Positions 1-8,186 of a stretch of DNA of 64,000 bases are shown piece by piece. The stretch lies in the IMG/VR virus record IMGVR_UViG_3300042547_000432. One strand, 5' to 3'. A program made the translations under genes and the position numbers. The notes under the pieces are model-generated. The model worked only from the letters and a program-made list of their open reading frames with translations, was not told where the DNA came from and did no database searches. Position 1 is the stretch's first letter; every line of letters starts with the position of its first letter. This DNA is from a virus.

Positions 1-17
1 GTAACAAAAAGTTACAA

Positions 18-185
18 TTATATAATTCCCATGTATTTGAGATATCTACGATATGCGTGATATCTTCCAAGTTTAGGTTGATCTTTAACTCCCAACTGAT
101 GACAAATCTCACAATACATTAAAAACTCATGCCATGGCGTAGTTGGATCTAGCTCATGGTATGGGTAATCTTTAGAGTTTTCCAC
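18..185 (-). CDS. Hypothetical protein, 55 aa, GTG start (MENSKDYPYHELDPTTPWHEF...)
   Basis: Hand-translated and below the ORF-track size cutoff. It overlaps the stop of 172..408 and has a protein-like composition. Confidence 0.6.
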   Translation of the reverse strand: MENSKDYPYHELDPTTPWHEFLMYCEICHQLGVKDQPKLGRYHAYRRYLKYMGII

Positions 186-408
186 CTACTGTTCCCTCGT
201 ATGTTTGGGTAGCAGTCCATCCTTCTTGGCATCCTTTAAGGTAAAATCTGGTTGCTGTAATACAAGCGTCTCTGTGTAATGCGTAGATGAGGCACCGCCC
301 ATCTTTGTGAAAACTTTTCCAAGCTTTAAAGCGAGTCTCTTCAACACGAAATGTATCATCAATCCAATCGTGCTCAGCTATTTCTGGGTGCTCGTTTGGG
401 TGGTTCAT
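172..408 (-). CDS. Hypothetical phage protein, 78 aa
   Basis: ORF track; ATGA overlap with 405..734. Confidence 0.75.
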   Translation of the reverse strand: MNHPNEHPEIAEHDWIDDTFRVEETRFKAWKSFHKDGRCLIYALHRDACITATRFYLKGCQEGWTATQTYEGTVGGKL

Positions 409-535
409 TCAAATTCTCCAGTGCGATTTTTGATTGTTCCTGTGTGATATACGCCCTCAATTCGGGTGTTTCCAACCATTCCCAGATTGTGCCGTCTTTC
501 TGGGTATAAGACTTCGGAACTGTTTGGATTTTCAT
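374..535 (-). CDS. Candidate overlapping 53-aa protein (MKIQTVPKSYTQKDGTIWEWLETPELRAYI...)
   Basis: Hand-translated alternative frame lying inside 405..734 and 172..408. Confidence 0.4.
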   Translation of the reverse strand: MKIQTVPKSYTQKDGTIWEWLETPELRAYITQEQSKIALENLNEPPKRAPRNS

Positions 536-734
536 AGATTTCTACCTCAACGTTAATGTCTCTGTCATTCCAGTGTCTCACCACACCAGCCACAATAAAG
601 CAGTTGGTGATGAGATATGTAGCAAAGATAAGAGTGCGAATGATAGCAACCTTATCTGATTCTTTATCGCAGTCGCTTGCCTTTTGCCCCAGCGACTTCG
701 CCCACCAGCGCCACATCATTTGTAAGTGCTTCAT
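405..734 (-). CDS. Hypothetical protein with one predicted TM helix
   Basis: Hydrophobic stretch IIRTLIFATYLITNCFIVAGVV; the C-terminal part may be non-functional overlap. Confidence 0.65.
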   Translation of the reverse strand: MKHLQMMWRWWAKSLGQKASDCDKESDKVAIIRTLIFATYLITNCFIVAGVVRHWNDRDINVEVEIYENPNSSEVLYPERRHNLGMVGNTRIEGVYHTGTIKNRTGEFE

Positions 735-1011
735 ACTGTGTTACTTTGTATCGTGTAATGTGTTTTTCAAAATGATTGTAGCATTGAAACCAGCAGGTTT
801 TCTTGTCGTTACCGTCTTTGTATTCTAGACGAATGGGAAACTCATTGTAAGGAAACTTCTCAACATCATTACTGAATTTGAGATTACATCCCTGTTGGGT
901 AACGGTAGGGGTCTTGGTATCCTTCTTTTGTTTCGTTAGTTTCCCCCAGTTTTGATCCGTTTCCGCTTTGGCGGTAACGCGGGTGCTCTTGGCAGACTTC
1001 GTAGCAGGCAT
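664..1011 (-). CDS. Hypothetical protein with K/T-rich N-terminus and FPIRLEYKDG...CWFQC core
   Basis: ORF 664..1038 in the track; start uncertain (1011, 1032 or 1038). Confidence 0.55.
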   Translation of the reverse strand: MPATKSAKSTRVTAKAETDQNWGKLTKQKKDTKTPTVTQQGCNLKFSNDVEKFPYNEFPIRLEYKDGNDKKTCWFQCYNHFEKHITRYKVTQYEALTNDVALVGEVAGAKGKRLR

Positions 1012-1186
1012 CGTAGAAACTTTTTTCGGCATAACCACATCCTAACATGAAAGATTTAAAAATGTCAAGCAACTCATGTGCGTTAAGATCATCGCACTTC
1101 GTTGAGATTGTCAGTGTCTTGGATGGGTAGCGTTCACCCATACACACCAGTTCGTCACTTTTGTAAGTGAAAGTCGTTGTGCTCAT
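884..1186 (-). CDS. Hypothetical protein, 100 aa
   Basis: ORF track; ATGA overlap with 1183..1578. Confidence 0.65.
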   Translation of the reverse strand: MSTTTFTYKSDELVCMGERYPSKTLTISTKCDDLNAHELLDIFKSFMLGCGYAEKSFYDACYEVCQEHPRYRQSGNGSKLGETNETKEGYQDPYRYPTGM

Positions 1187-1578
1187 CGTCCTGTCACATC
1201 CTCATAATCCTGTAGTTTACCATATTTGAAGTGAATACGCAAGCGAGGCCAATCCTCCCATTCACCTTTCCAGTTAGCAGGATGGATTTCAATATACTTT
1301 GTAATCATACATGGTTGATATTTACCATGTACACCAGTAGGAATCCATTCAAAGTTTAACCACTTCTTGTTAGCCTCATACTTTGGATGACCCTCTTCAT
1401 AGATTTCCATCGTGTGACAACCAATGTAACTTGGATACCACAATTGACCACTGGGATCTAACCAGTAGTCAGTCATTGTGCCACCAATACCTTCTTCAAT
1501 GTCTTTGGTTTGACACACTGTATTTGTAAACTGCTCGCCCAAATCATATGAGCTTCTTAGATAGTCAAACATTCCCAT
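1183..1578 (-). CDS. Hypothetical phage protein, 131 aa (MGMFDYLRSSY...)
   Basis: ORF track; in operon orientation. Confidence 0.8.
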   Translation of the reverse strand: MGMFDYLRSSYDLGEQFTNTVCQTKDIEEGIGGTMTDYWLDPSGQLWYPSYIGCHTMEIYEEGHPKYEANKKWLNFEWIPTGVHGKYQPCMITKYIEIHPANWKGEWEDWPRLRIHFKYGKLQDYEDVTGR

Positions 1579-1579
1579 G

Positions 1580-1747
1580 TTACGTTACCGTCATGTTAAA
1601 GTTAAAACTATCTATAAAGGTTTCCCATGCTCTATCATTAAACTCTTTGGTTTCATAAGAGAAACGATATCCATTCTCTTCCTGTAGAGCATATTCAATC
1701 TCACACCGAATCAGTGCTCTCAGTTGTTCTATTTGTTCTTTAGTCAT
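1580..1747 (-). CDS. Hypothetical protein, 55 aa (MTKEQIEQLRALIRCEIEYAL...)
   Basis: Hand-translated; fills the gap between neighbours exactly. Confidence 0.65.
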   Translation of the reverse strand: MTKEQIEQLRALIRCEIEYALQEENGYRFSYETKEFNDRAWETFIDSFNFNMTVT

Positions 1748-1947
1748 TAGTAAATACTCCCCAGTTGTCCTGGATCATTACTGCCAGTACATTCTAGCAT
1801 GTGGTCTGATGCTTTGGGGCATCGTTTGTTGCCGCAGGTAGGACACAACACCATCTGAAATAGATGATGATGCCCTGTTGCTTCAGCACAACACCTTTGA
1901 CACCAACAGGATAGATTCATTTGTTTTTCGTATAACTCCTCCATCAT
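1747..1947 (-). CDS. Small Cys-rich, possibly Zn-binding protein
   Basis: CWCQRC and CPTCGNKRCPKASDH motifs; ATGA-coupled start at 1947. Confidence 0.65.
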   Translation of the reverse strand: MMEELYEKQMNLSCWCQRCCAEATGHHHLFQMVLCPTCGNKRCPKASDHMLECTGSNDPGQLGSIY

Positions 1948-2579
1948 TCTGTTTGCTCCCAAAGTTTTTCACGCATCATTCTAACACATTTATCCCATTG
2001 TAGCGTATCATATGATGGTCGTGGGTCTTCCTTCGGCAACCATCGCTCAACTGCTTCTACAATCTCGTCACACATATCAATAGAGAATCCTAGCTCATCT
2101 CTCATGATTTTCCATAATGATGGTGGGCGATTGAAATGCTTTTCAAGTAGTTTATCAAAATCAAATACACCATCTTCCTTTGCTTGTTTCATAGCATTAC
2201 GCAGACCTTCATTTACTTGTTCTGGTGTTTGTGGGGTTGGTTGATATTCAGTCATGATTGTCCTCGTCAAATAATTTTCTGCTAGTTTAATACCATCTAA
2301 ATTATCACCCAACATTCCAATGCCAGTGTTACATTTTCTACAAATCCAACCACGATATTTTCCTGTTTCATGACAATGATCAATTAACAATCCATCAGTT
2401 AGTTTACCGCAACATTCACAATATTTTGGTTTAGGATGAGATTTTTTAAGTGCTTTTACTTCTTGTTGATGTCTTTTAGTACAACTTTTACAATACGGAC
2501 TTAAATTATCACCTTTACATGAATTTTTACCAAATTCATTTAATGGCAAATTTTGTTTACATCCAGAACAATACTTCAT
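1944..2579 (-). CDS. Recombination endonuclease VII-like (His-Me) nuclease fused in frame to a 103-aa hypothetical domain
   Basis: Motifs CSGC..CKSC, CECC, IDHCHETGKYRGWICRKCNTGIG. Start is ATGA-coupled at 2579; a second ATG with a GAGGA RBS lies at 2255. Confidence 0.8.
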   Translation of the reverse strand: MKYCSGCKQNLPLNEFGKNSCKGDNLSPYCKSCTKRHQQEVKALKKSHPKPKYCECCGKLTDGLLIDHCHETGKYRGWICRKCNTGIGMLGDNLDGIKLAENYLTRTIMTEYQPTPQTPEQVNEGLRNAMKQAKEDGVFDFDKLLEKHFNRPPSLWKIMRDELGFSIDMCDEIVEAVERWLPKEDPRPSYDTLQWDKCVRMMREKLWEQTE

Positions 2580-2758
2580 GAATCGTAAGGCACCTGTAAA
2601 TCTTTTTTCCATTGATCGGTGAAGCACAACCAAGGCTCTTCTTTGTGTGACATTTCTGCCATCCAGTGTTGACCATGCTCGTCAATCGCATCCAAGTAAT
2701 GAATGCGTGTCTTAGGGTCAATCGTGCGAGTTACATAGACAAACTTAACTTTATTCAT
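2576..2758 (-). CDS. Hypothetical protein, 60 aa
   Basis: ORF track; coupled overlaps at both ends. Confidence 0.7.
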   Translation of the reverse strand: MNKVKFVYVTRTIDPKTRIHYLDAIDEHGQHWMAEMSHKEEPWLCFTDQWKKDLQVPYDS

Positions 2759-2973
2759 TTCACAAAAGCTCCAATAGCAGGAACATCACCACAAATCTCA
2801 TTCACTCTTCCTACTGTTTGGTCTTTGAGTGCTTGACGACACTCTAAGTTCTTATTGTATGTTTGTTGGAAGAGTGCTCGTTGTTGTTGAGAATCATAGG
2901 TGATAATAGCACCAGCAACGATTATAATAAAAAAGAAAGACAAAATTGCCCAATCAATTCCTTCAAATTTCAT
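2755..2973 (-). CDS. Small membrane-anchored hypothetical protein
   Basis: N-terminal hydrophobic helix WAILSFFFIIIVAGAII. Confidence 0.7.
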   Translation of the reverse strand: MKFEGIDWAILSFFFIIIVAGAIITYDSQQQRALFQQTYNKNLECRQALKDQTVGRVNEICGDVPAIGAFVK

Positions 2974-3197
2974 AGTGCCTCCAATTCATCACAAATAGCA
3001 TCAATCTCTTTGAGACATTCATCCCATCCAGCATTAAACATTACATCCAGTTCATCAGTAAAATCAATCTTATTCGTTCCTGATAGTTGCTTACGAAGAT
3101 GTTGAAGAACCTCTTGAAGCATCCAAGCAGTATTGTGTGCTTCACTTTTACAAATAACTTTTAGGAGTTCTTCTGCTCTTTCTTTATTCGTAGTCAT
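2970..3197 (-). CDS. Hypothetical protein, 75 aa (MTTNKERAEELL...)
   Basis: Trimmed from ORF 2970..3263; AGGAG upstream of the ATG at 3197. Confidence 0.7.
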   Translation of the reverse strand: MTTNKERAEELLKVICKSEAHNTAWMLQEVLQHLRKQLSGTNKIDFTDELDVMFNAGWDECLKEIDAICDELEAL

Positions 3198-3366
3198 AAT
3201 ACATCTCCTCCTCATAACGAACATAATCACTTTGAAGATAGTTAAAAAACTCTCCATCTTCACTTCTCATAGTATAACACCATTCATCAAAGATTTCTCC
3301 TACCCACCACCAACCAACTTGGATTTTCTCAAAGAAATTCATAGGACGATTGTAGAGTTTCGTCAT
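3184..3366 (-). CDS. Hypothetical protein, 60 aa
   Basis: ORF track; coupled overlap. Confidence 0.7.
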   Translation of the reverse strand: MTKLYNRPMNFFEKIQVGWWWVGEIFDEWCYTMRSEDGEFFNYLQSDYVRYEEEMYYDYE

Positions 3367-3566
3367 CGTGCTCCCTCTTTAATCATTTTACGCATAGTTG
3401 CTTCACTAATAATGTCTTGTTCCAGTTCGTGTGGTGGTGCTACTTTGAGGTAGATTTCATAATGAAACTCATTCATATCTTTGGACGGGATATATCCTTT
3501 GTAGGACAACATTTTTTGGATTGCTTTTTTGGTTGGTTCTTCCCAGTCCTCTTTGAAGTTAAACAT
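3363..3566 (-). CDS. Hypothetical protein, 67 aa
   Basis: ORF track; coupled overlap. Confidence 0.7.
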   Translation of the reverse strand: MFNFKEDWEEPTKKAIQKMLSYKGYIPSKDMNEFHYEIYLKVAPPHELEQDIISEATMRKMIKEGAR

Positions 3567-3858
3567 TATACTTTAATTCCGTTTCTTTCATACGCAGCAG
3601 GAAACTATCATCACCAATGTCACCACTGTAAAGATAGTCAATGTGCTTCATAATCTCTGCCATCTTACGCAGTTTGGGTATCTGCTCCCGTAAAACATCA
3701 ATCACATCAGGGTCGTGGTTGGGATACCATTCATAACCATAAGTGCGGTCTTCATTCCTTTCCTTACCATTATTCTCAATCTCTACTTCCAACTCATCAG
3801 CAAACTGTGAGACCTTGTAGTAATCGTATCCGTTGTCAGTGAAGTGTCCGCCGCTCAT
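3559..3858 (-). CDS. Hypothetical phage protein, 99 aa (MSGGHF...YSGDIGDDSF)
   Basis: ORF track; coupled overlap. Confidence 0.8.
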   Translation of the reverse strand: MSGGHFTDNGYDYYKVSQFADELEVEIENNGKERNEDRTYGYEWYPNHDPDVIDVLREQIPKLRKMAEIMKHIDYLYSGDIGDDSFLLRMKETELKYNV

Positions 3859-4067
3859 TTTGCCTCCTCGTATTCGTCAATCTTTTCGTTGATAAAACCA
3901 GTCATATCAATGGTGTATGGATTTGTGCCCTCAATCTCGCAATCAAAGAGAAACTCCATAACAGCACCAAGAATCAGACAAGCACGGCGTTTGTCATGCT
4001 TGGTGATAGCTGTGTGAGGCAGAGCAACATAGTTTACGATGTGCTCGTAGAGTTCGTCGTAGGTCAT
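3855..4067 (-). CDS. Hypothetical protein, 70 aa
   Basis: ORF track; ATGA overlaps. Confidence 0.75.
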   Translation of the reverse strand: MTYDELYEHIVNYVALPHTAITKHDKRRACLILGAVMEFLFDCEIEGTNPYTIDMTGFINEKIDEYEEAK

Positions 4068-4252
4068 TTTAGTTTAGATAAGCAAAGGGAGCAAAGGGAA
4101 TCGTCAGTTTTAGGAACTCTAAACATAATGTGATTTCCAGAGCAACAATCTCTATCACCACATTTCATACAATTATCACAAACCCACTCTTTTTGATTAC
4201 GACACTTGACGAAATCTTCAAGAGTGTAGTTTTGGAGGAAAATAGTATTCAT
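4064..4252 (-). CDS. Small Cys-rich hypothetical protein
   Basis: CDNCMKCGDRDCC...CSLC. Confidence 0.65.
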   Translation of the reverse strand: MNTIFLQNYTLEDFVKCRNQKEWVCDNCMKCGDRDCCSGNHIMFRVPKTDDSLCSLCLSKLK

Positions 4253-4431
4253 CAGAAATCCTCTTCGTCAAAGGTAAAGTATTCGTAGATTTGAGACATC
4301 ACAGCGTCTTCAATGCGCTCAATAATAGCACCTTCAGAAGGATTCTCAACGTGTTTGTGTGCCAACGCATATCCACGACGCACACCTTCTTCAATCGCCA
4401 TTTCTAAGATGACACGGGTTTTAGGTTTCAT
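4252..4431 (-). CDS. Hypothetical protein, 59 aa (MKPKTRVILEMAIEEG...)
   Basis: Trimmed from 4252..4461; ATGA-coupled at 4428-4431. Confidence 0.75.
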   Translation of the reverse strand: MKPKTRVILEMAIEEGVRRGYALAHKHVENPSEGAIIERIEDAVMSQIYEYFTFDEEDF

Positions 4432-4550
4432 CGTTGCCAATCTCCATTGATTACATTCCAAAACATTTTACTATTGAAACCAATAATGTGGGGGTAGTTG
4501 GTTTCCCAGTATCCTGTGATGTGACGATACCAGATAGTATAGACAGTCAT
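4428..4550 (-). CDS. Hypothetical 40-aa peptide (MTVYTIWYRHITGYWETNYPHIIG...)
   Basis: Hand-translated; ATGA-coupled at both ends. Confidence 0.55.
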   Translation of the reverse strand: MTVYTIWYRHITGYWETNYPHIIGFNSKMFWNVINGDWQR

Positions 4551-4720
4551 TCTTCTTCCTCCACTGGAAACATTGTAGCATACTCTTCATCGGTGAGCGT
4601 GAGATACTCTACATCAGCATCTTGGTGCTCTTCAGCATACACCAATTGATAGTGAGCGAAGTCACTCAAACTGGTGCTACCATATTCTACCACACCATCA
4701 ACAAGACAAAGGTAGTTCAT
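4547..4720 (-). CDS. Acidic hypothetical protein, 57 aa (MNYLCLVDGVVEYGSTSLSDF...)
   Basis: Hand-translated; ATGA-coupled at both ends. Confidence 0.7.
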   Translation of the reverse strand: MNYLCLVDGVVEYGSTSLSDFAHYQLVYAEEHQDADVEYLTLTDEEYATMFPVEEEE

Positions 4721-4974
4721 TCATCCCATCCCGCAAAGTATTCTGTGAAAAATTCAAAAGCAAGAGATTGTTTATCGTTATTAAGTTCTACACCAAAAAG
4801 AGAACTGGCAAGAAAAGAAAGTGTGACATGAAATCCACCAGAACACCAATGATGAGCGGTAGGATTTTCATAATTCACCCACAGAAATGAATGATTTTTG
4901 AAGACACCAAACTGCCAAGTATAAGAGGTTTCACCATTTTCCCAAACTTTTTTATCGTATTGAAAGAGTTTCAC
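4717..4974 (-). CDS. Hypothetical aromatic-rich protein, 85 aa
   Basis: ORF track; coupled overlaps. Confidence 0.75.
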   Translation of the reverse strand: MKLFQYDKKVWENGETSYTWQFGVFKNHSFLWVNYENPTAHHWCSGGFHVTLSFLASSLFGVELNNDKQSLAFEFFTEYFAGWDE

Positions 4975-5207
4975 AAGATTACATCCTTGATTTCAGTGAT
5001 AACTTCCCAGTGTGCGTCAGCTTTATCACCGAAGCGATTAGTGCCAGTGCGAGTGCTGACCCAGAAGAAGTATTTGCGATTCTCAGCAGCGAGAAACAAC
5101 TCACTGCCAGTATCCTGCTCTACAACACAGACAGGATTACCTTCCATGCTGTTAGCAAGGCGATTCTTTGCCTTGCTACTCTTAGGTTTGACTACAACTT
5201 TTCTCAT
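4971..5207 (-). CDS. Hypothetical phage protein, 78 aa
   Basis: ORF track; coupled overlaps. Confidence 0.75.
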   Translation of the reverse strand: MRKVVVKPKSSKAKNRLANSMEGNPVCVVEQDTGSELFLAAENRKYFFWVSTRTGTNRFGDKADAHWEVITEIKDVIL

Positions 5208-5401
5208 TTGCCAGCAATAACAGCGAGAATGACAAAGATAACAAGGAAAGCGAGAGCAATCAGGGCACTAATCCACAGCGGCGACAGCACCCACACCCAC
5301 GGCCAAGTAATATGACCCGTGAGTTTCAGACCGACAAACAGAACGGTCAGAAGACCAGGAAAACCGATACCGCTGGAGGAAGAAGAGGAGTTGCTGGACA
5401 T
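5204..5401 (-). CDS. Small two-TM membrane protein (MSSNSSSSSSGIGFPGLLTVLFVGLKLTGHITWPW...)
   Basis: Trimmed from 5204..5497; lies directly downstream of a sigma70 promoter. Confidence 0.75.
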   Translation of the reverse strand: MSSNSSSSSSGIGFPGLLTVLFVGLKLTGHITWPWVWVLSPLWISALIALAFLVIFVILAVIAGK

Positions 5402-5425
5402 GGCGTGTCTTTCGTTGATGTATGT

Positions 5426-5454
5426 AATATAACACCCCCCAACGCTGGTGTCAA
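5426..5454 (-). promoter_or_regulatory. Sigma70-type early promoter TTGACA-N17-TATATT with extended -10 TG
   Basis: Read directly on the minus strand. Confidence 0.75.
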
Positions 5455-5471
5455 GGGGTGATTGATAAGTA

Positions 5472-6002
5472 TTACGGATACCTGCCGACAATCTCAATAG
5501 AATATCTTATCTGTCCTCCAAATCCAGTAAATGATTGATCTACTTCTGCTGAGATAGCTGATAACACTGCTTTTCCTTTTGCTAAATCATCCATCACCTT
5601 ACACAAATGCTTATCCATTTGTGTGTTTTGTGGCAACATGAATGTGTTTGGTGTATGTGGTGATACTGTTGTGCCGTTACTAATCAATGCGTTTGGTCTG
5701 ATATAGCTACCATCCATAGTTATGGCACCATTGTTTACAGTAGCAGCAGGAATAACAAACGCACCACTATCCATGATTTCTGACCCACCATTGATAGTTA
5801 ATCCTGGATTAGTGTTAGGTTGAATGGATGTAATACTATTAGCACGACCAAAAGAGAGAAGATCATCTCCCATACCTCCAAGCAGGCCAGGTAATAGAGA
5901 TTCTCTGAAGTCTTCTACTGTCGGTGATTTTTTTTCTTCTACGACTTCCTCTTTCTTCTCACCGTAGATTTCTTCGTATTTGTCAATCAGTGGGTTGCTC
6001 AT
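5472..6002 (-). CDS. Hypothetical protein, 176 aa
   Basis: ORF track. Confidence 0.75.
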   Translation of the reverse strand: MSNPLIDKYEEIYGEKKEEVVEEKKSPTVEDFRESLLPGLLGGMGDDLLSFGRANSITSIQPNTNPGLTINGGSEIMDSGAFVIPAATVNNGAITMDGSYIRPNALISNGTTVSPHTPNTFMLPQNTQMDKHLCKVMDDLAKGKAVLSAISAEVDQSFTGFGGQIRYSIEIVGRYP

Positions 6003-6205
6003 TTCTTTTTCTTCCTATCAATAACTTCAACATGTTTTAGATGACCTGCTGGTGTTTGTAACCATCGTGCGATAACTTCATCATACCATTCGTATGCTTC
6101 TACTTTACCACTGGCATAGAATAGTTTGTATTTGTGCCTGTCATATGGTTTATAACAGCTCTGCTCAAAGTATTCTGATGATGTTTTAGGAATCAGTTGT
6201 GTCAT
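5999..6205 (-). CDS. Hypothetical protein, 68 aa
   Basis: ORF track; coupled. Confidence 0.75.
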   Translation of the reverse strand: MTQLIPKTSSEYFEQSCYKPYDRHKYKLFYASGKVEAYEWYDEVIARWLQTPAGHLKHVEVIDRKKKK

Positions 6206-6477
6206 AGATATGAGTCTCCGCGATGGTATCTGTCAAAGTTTCGTGGGCAAGATGTCAGAAAATCGCAGCGAATCTCAAACCACTTCCAGCGGAATGAGAA
6301 TCCTGTAAGTGAGCGACTACCGAAGCTAATCAGCAGCATTGGGAATATTTCTGTGGCAGGAAACTCATCCCACTGAATGACAACATCCATCAATGCGAAA
6401 TATGGATACCATCCAAGCAGTTGGAAATACCATTCGTGCCCGTAATCTTCGTAGTGATAATAGTCAAAGAGTTTCAT
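6202..6477 (-). CDS. Hypothetical aromatic-rich protein, 91 aa
   Basis: ORF track; coupled. Confidence 0.75.
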   Translation of the reverse strand: MKLFDYYHYEDYGHEWYFQLLGWYPYFALMDVVIQWDEFPATEIFPMLLISFGSRSLTGFSFRWKWFEIRCDFLTSCPRNFDRYHRGDSYL

Positions 6478-6689
6478 TCTGCTAACCTCAATTTACGCTC
6501 AGGTGAAGGGATGTGAATAACAAATGGATCGTCATATGGATAGACATATTCATAATACCAACCTACGTTAATGGTCTCCCAAAACTCTCCATACCCCCAT
6601 TCATCGCCAGCATTATAGGCGTCAAGGGCACTACAGATATAGTGGAATCCTTCAAGGAATTCCTGCCATTTAGATTCTTTAAGTCTCAT
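6474..6689 (-). CDS. Hypothetical protein, 71 aa
   Basis: ORF track; coupled. Confidence 0.7.
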   Translation of the reverse strand: MRLKESKWQEFLEGFHYICSALDAYNAGDEWGYGEFWETINVGWYYEYVYPYDDPFVIHIPSPERKLRLAE

Positions 6690-6873
6690 CCCATTCCTCG
6701 TATCTGGTATTGATTCTACCGTTATTGAGGAAAATATTCAAGTGCCCTGTGTTACCATTCTCAAGGTAGAATGCCATCCACACATGATGCCCCTCATCCA
6801 TCACCTCATAGTGATAGGATTTGATATTATCCAGCAGAAACTCGTCTGGGTTGAATAGTGTTTTGTCGTCCAT
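6679..6873 (-). CDS. Hypothetical protein, 64 aa
   Basis: ORF track. Confidence 0.7.
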   Translation of the reverse strand: MDDKTLFNPDEFLLDNIKSYHYEVMDEGHHVWMAFYLENGNTGHLNIFLNNGRINTRYEEWDET

Positions 6874-7232
6874 TATGAATAGTTAAAGTAGAAGTGTGTT
6901 TCCCAATCAAATCCTGGCTGGTCTCTACGCTCAATCATCTTCACAATATATGGTGGAATCAGATTAGCATACTGAGTCATAAACTCTTCTTGTGTAGGCT
7001 GTGTTAGACCATAAATGTAATGGTCGGCACCTTCACCAATAAACTTAACAAACCTCTCAAGGTCTCTGTCTCTATCATCAAACTGTTGATAGTTACGACA
7101 TACTTTCAACCAGAAAGACATACCCTCTCCAGTGGCAAAGTATTCAATCGCAAAGAAACGATAGAATGGTCGCTCGTTTTCTTCTTCTCGTTTCGCTGCT
7201 TCTTCAAGCATTTCTTCATGCGTCATTTTCAA
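6873..7232 (-). CDS. Hypothetical protein, 119 aa
   Basis: ORF track. Confidence 0.75.
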   Translation of the reverse strand: MKMTHEEMLEEAAKREEENERPFYRFFAIEYFATGEGMSFWLKVCRNYQQFDDRDRDLERFVKFIGEGADHYIYGLTQPTQEEFMTQYANLIPPYIVKMIERRDQPGFDWETHFYFNYS

Positions 7233-7557
7233 TCACCACACATTCTTGTACAATAAAAATAGGGATGTTATTTCCCTGTTCATCAAACTGAGGTAATGGT
7301 TTACCATCTTCACCCAACTCAAAAGGAGCATTCTGAATAATATAATGAACAGATCCACCAACTTCTGCTTCTTCAATCTGTTGTTTAATACCCTCGATGG
7401 TAGTAAATTTGGGATTAAGCGAAGCATCAAGTAATTCGAATGCTTCTTCAATATTTTTCCAATCAGTCTGCGATAAAGTTTTCATTTTTTGTTTTAATAA
7501 ATCGGGATGTCGTGCGTATAGCGGTCCTGGGTAGTTACCAGCAAATTTTTTGTCCAT
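7216..7557 (-). CDS. Hypothetical protein, 113 aa
   Basis: ORF track; TAATG coupling to the upstream oxygenase. Confidence 0.7.
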   Translation of the reverse strand: MDKKFAGNYPGPLYARHPDLLKQKMKTLSQTDWKNIEEAFELLDASLNPKFTTIEGIKQQIEEAEVGGSVHYIIQNAPFELGEDGKPLPQFDEQGNNIPIFIVQECVVIENDA

Positions 7558-8177
7558 TAATTAATATCTATCTCCAATCCTTCTGCTTTATCATAGCTTC
7601 CAATTTTACCACAAGGAAATGTGTTGAAAGAAATAGTATATCTATCGTAATCTACATTTGTATTTTCGTCAACACTATGATAGAGATACGAAGGAAAAAT
7701 TAACAAATTACCACGGATTGTTTTCTCTTTGTGTATAACTCTACTGAAATTTTCACGATCAAAATAAGGTTTTAATCCTAGTGAATTTGACCATAAATCC
7801 CAAATATTTTCGACACTGAACCAAGTACAGGAATCAGAATTTACTAAGTAGAATATACCACTAATTAAAGAATTGTGATGTACATGTGGATGATGCCATT
7901 GCTGAAATTCAGAACGATTACCCCACATTTGTATTATTTTTAATTTATCACACTGTAATTTTATTTCTTGCTGAACTTGATATAAGCAATCATCAAACCA
8001 ATCAACTATATTTTTATAGTTTTTATCTTTTTCTAGTCTTGAGTTTTTAGTGAAAAAATTATTAGTATTCTTGACCCAATTTTCATTCTGTAGATTATTG
8101 TATATGTTTAAAATTAATTCTTCATCAAGACATTCAAACTTGAATATAGATTGAGGGCATAGTGATATTTTTTCCAT
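7557..8177 (-). CDS. Putative 2OG-Fe(II) oxygenase (TIGR02466-like)
   Basis: MWGN...HHPHVHHNSLISGIFYL, GNLLIFPSYLYHSV and RYTISFN motifs. Confidence 0.85.
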   Translation of the reverse strand: MEKISLCPQSIFKFECLDEELILNIYNNLQNENWVKNTNNFFTKNSRLEKDKNYKNIVDWFDDCLYQVQQEIKLQCDKLKIIQMWGNRSEFQQWHHPHVHHNSLISGIFYLVNSDSCTWFSVENIWDLWSNSLGLKPYFDRENFSRVIHKEKTIRGNLLIFPSYLYHSVDENTNVDYDRYTISFNTFPCGKIGSYDKAEGLEIDIN

Positions 8178-8186
8178 AGTATTTAA

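Noticed and set aside
4547-4720. Apparent frameshift in the MNYLCLVDG gene
   Set aside because: On re-reading, the frame is intact (GAA TAT GGT AGC).
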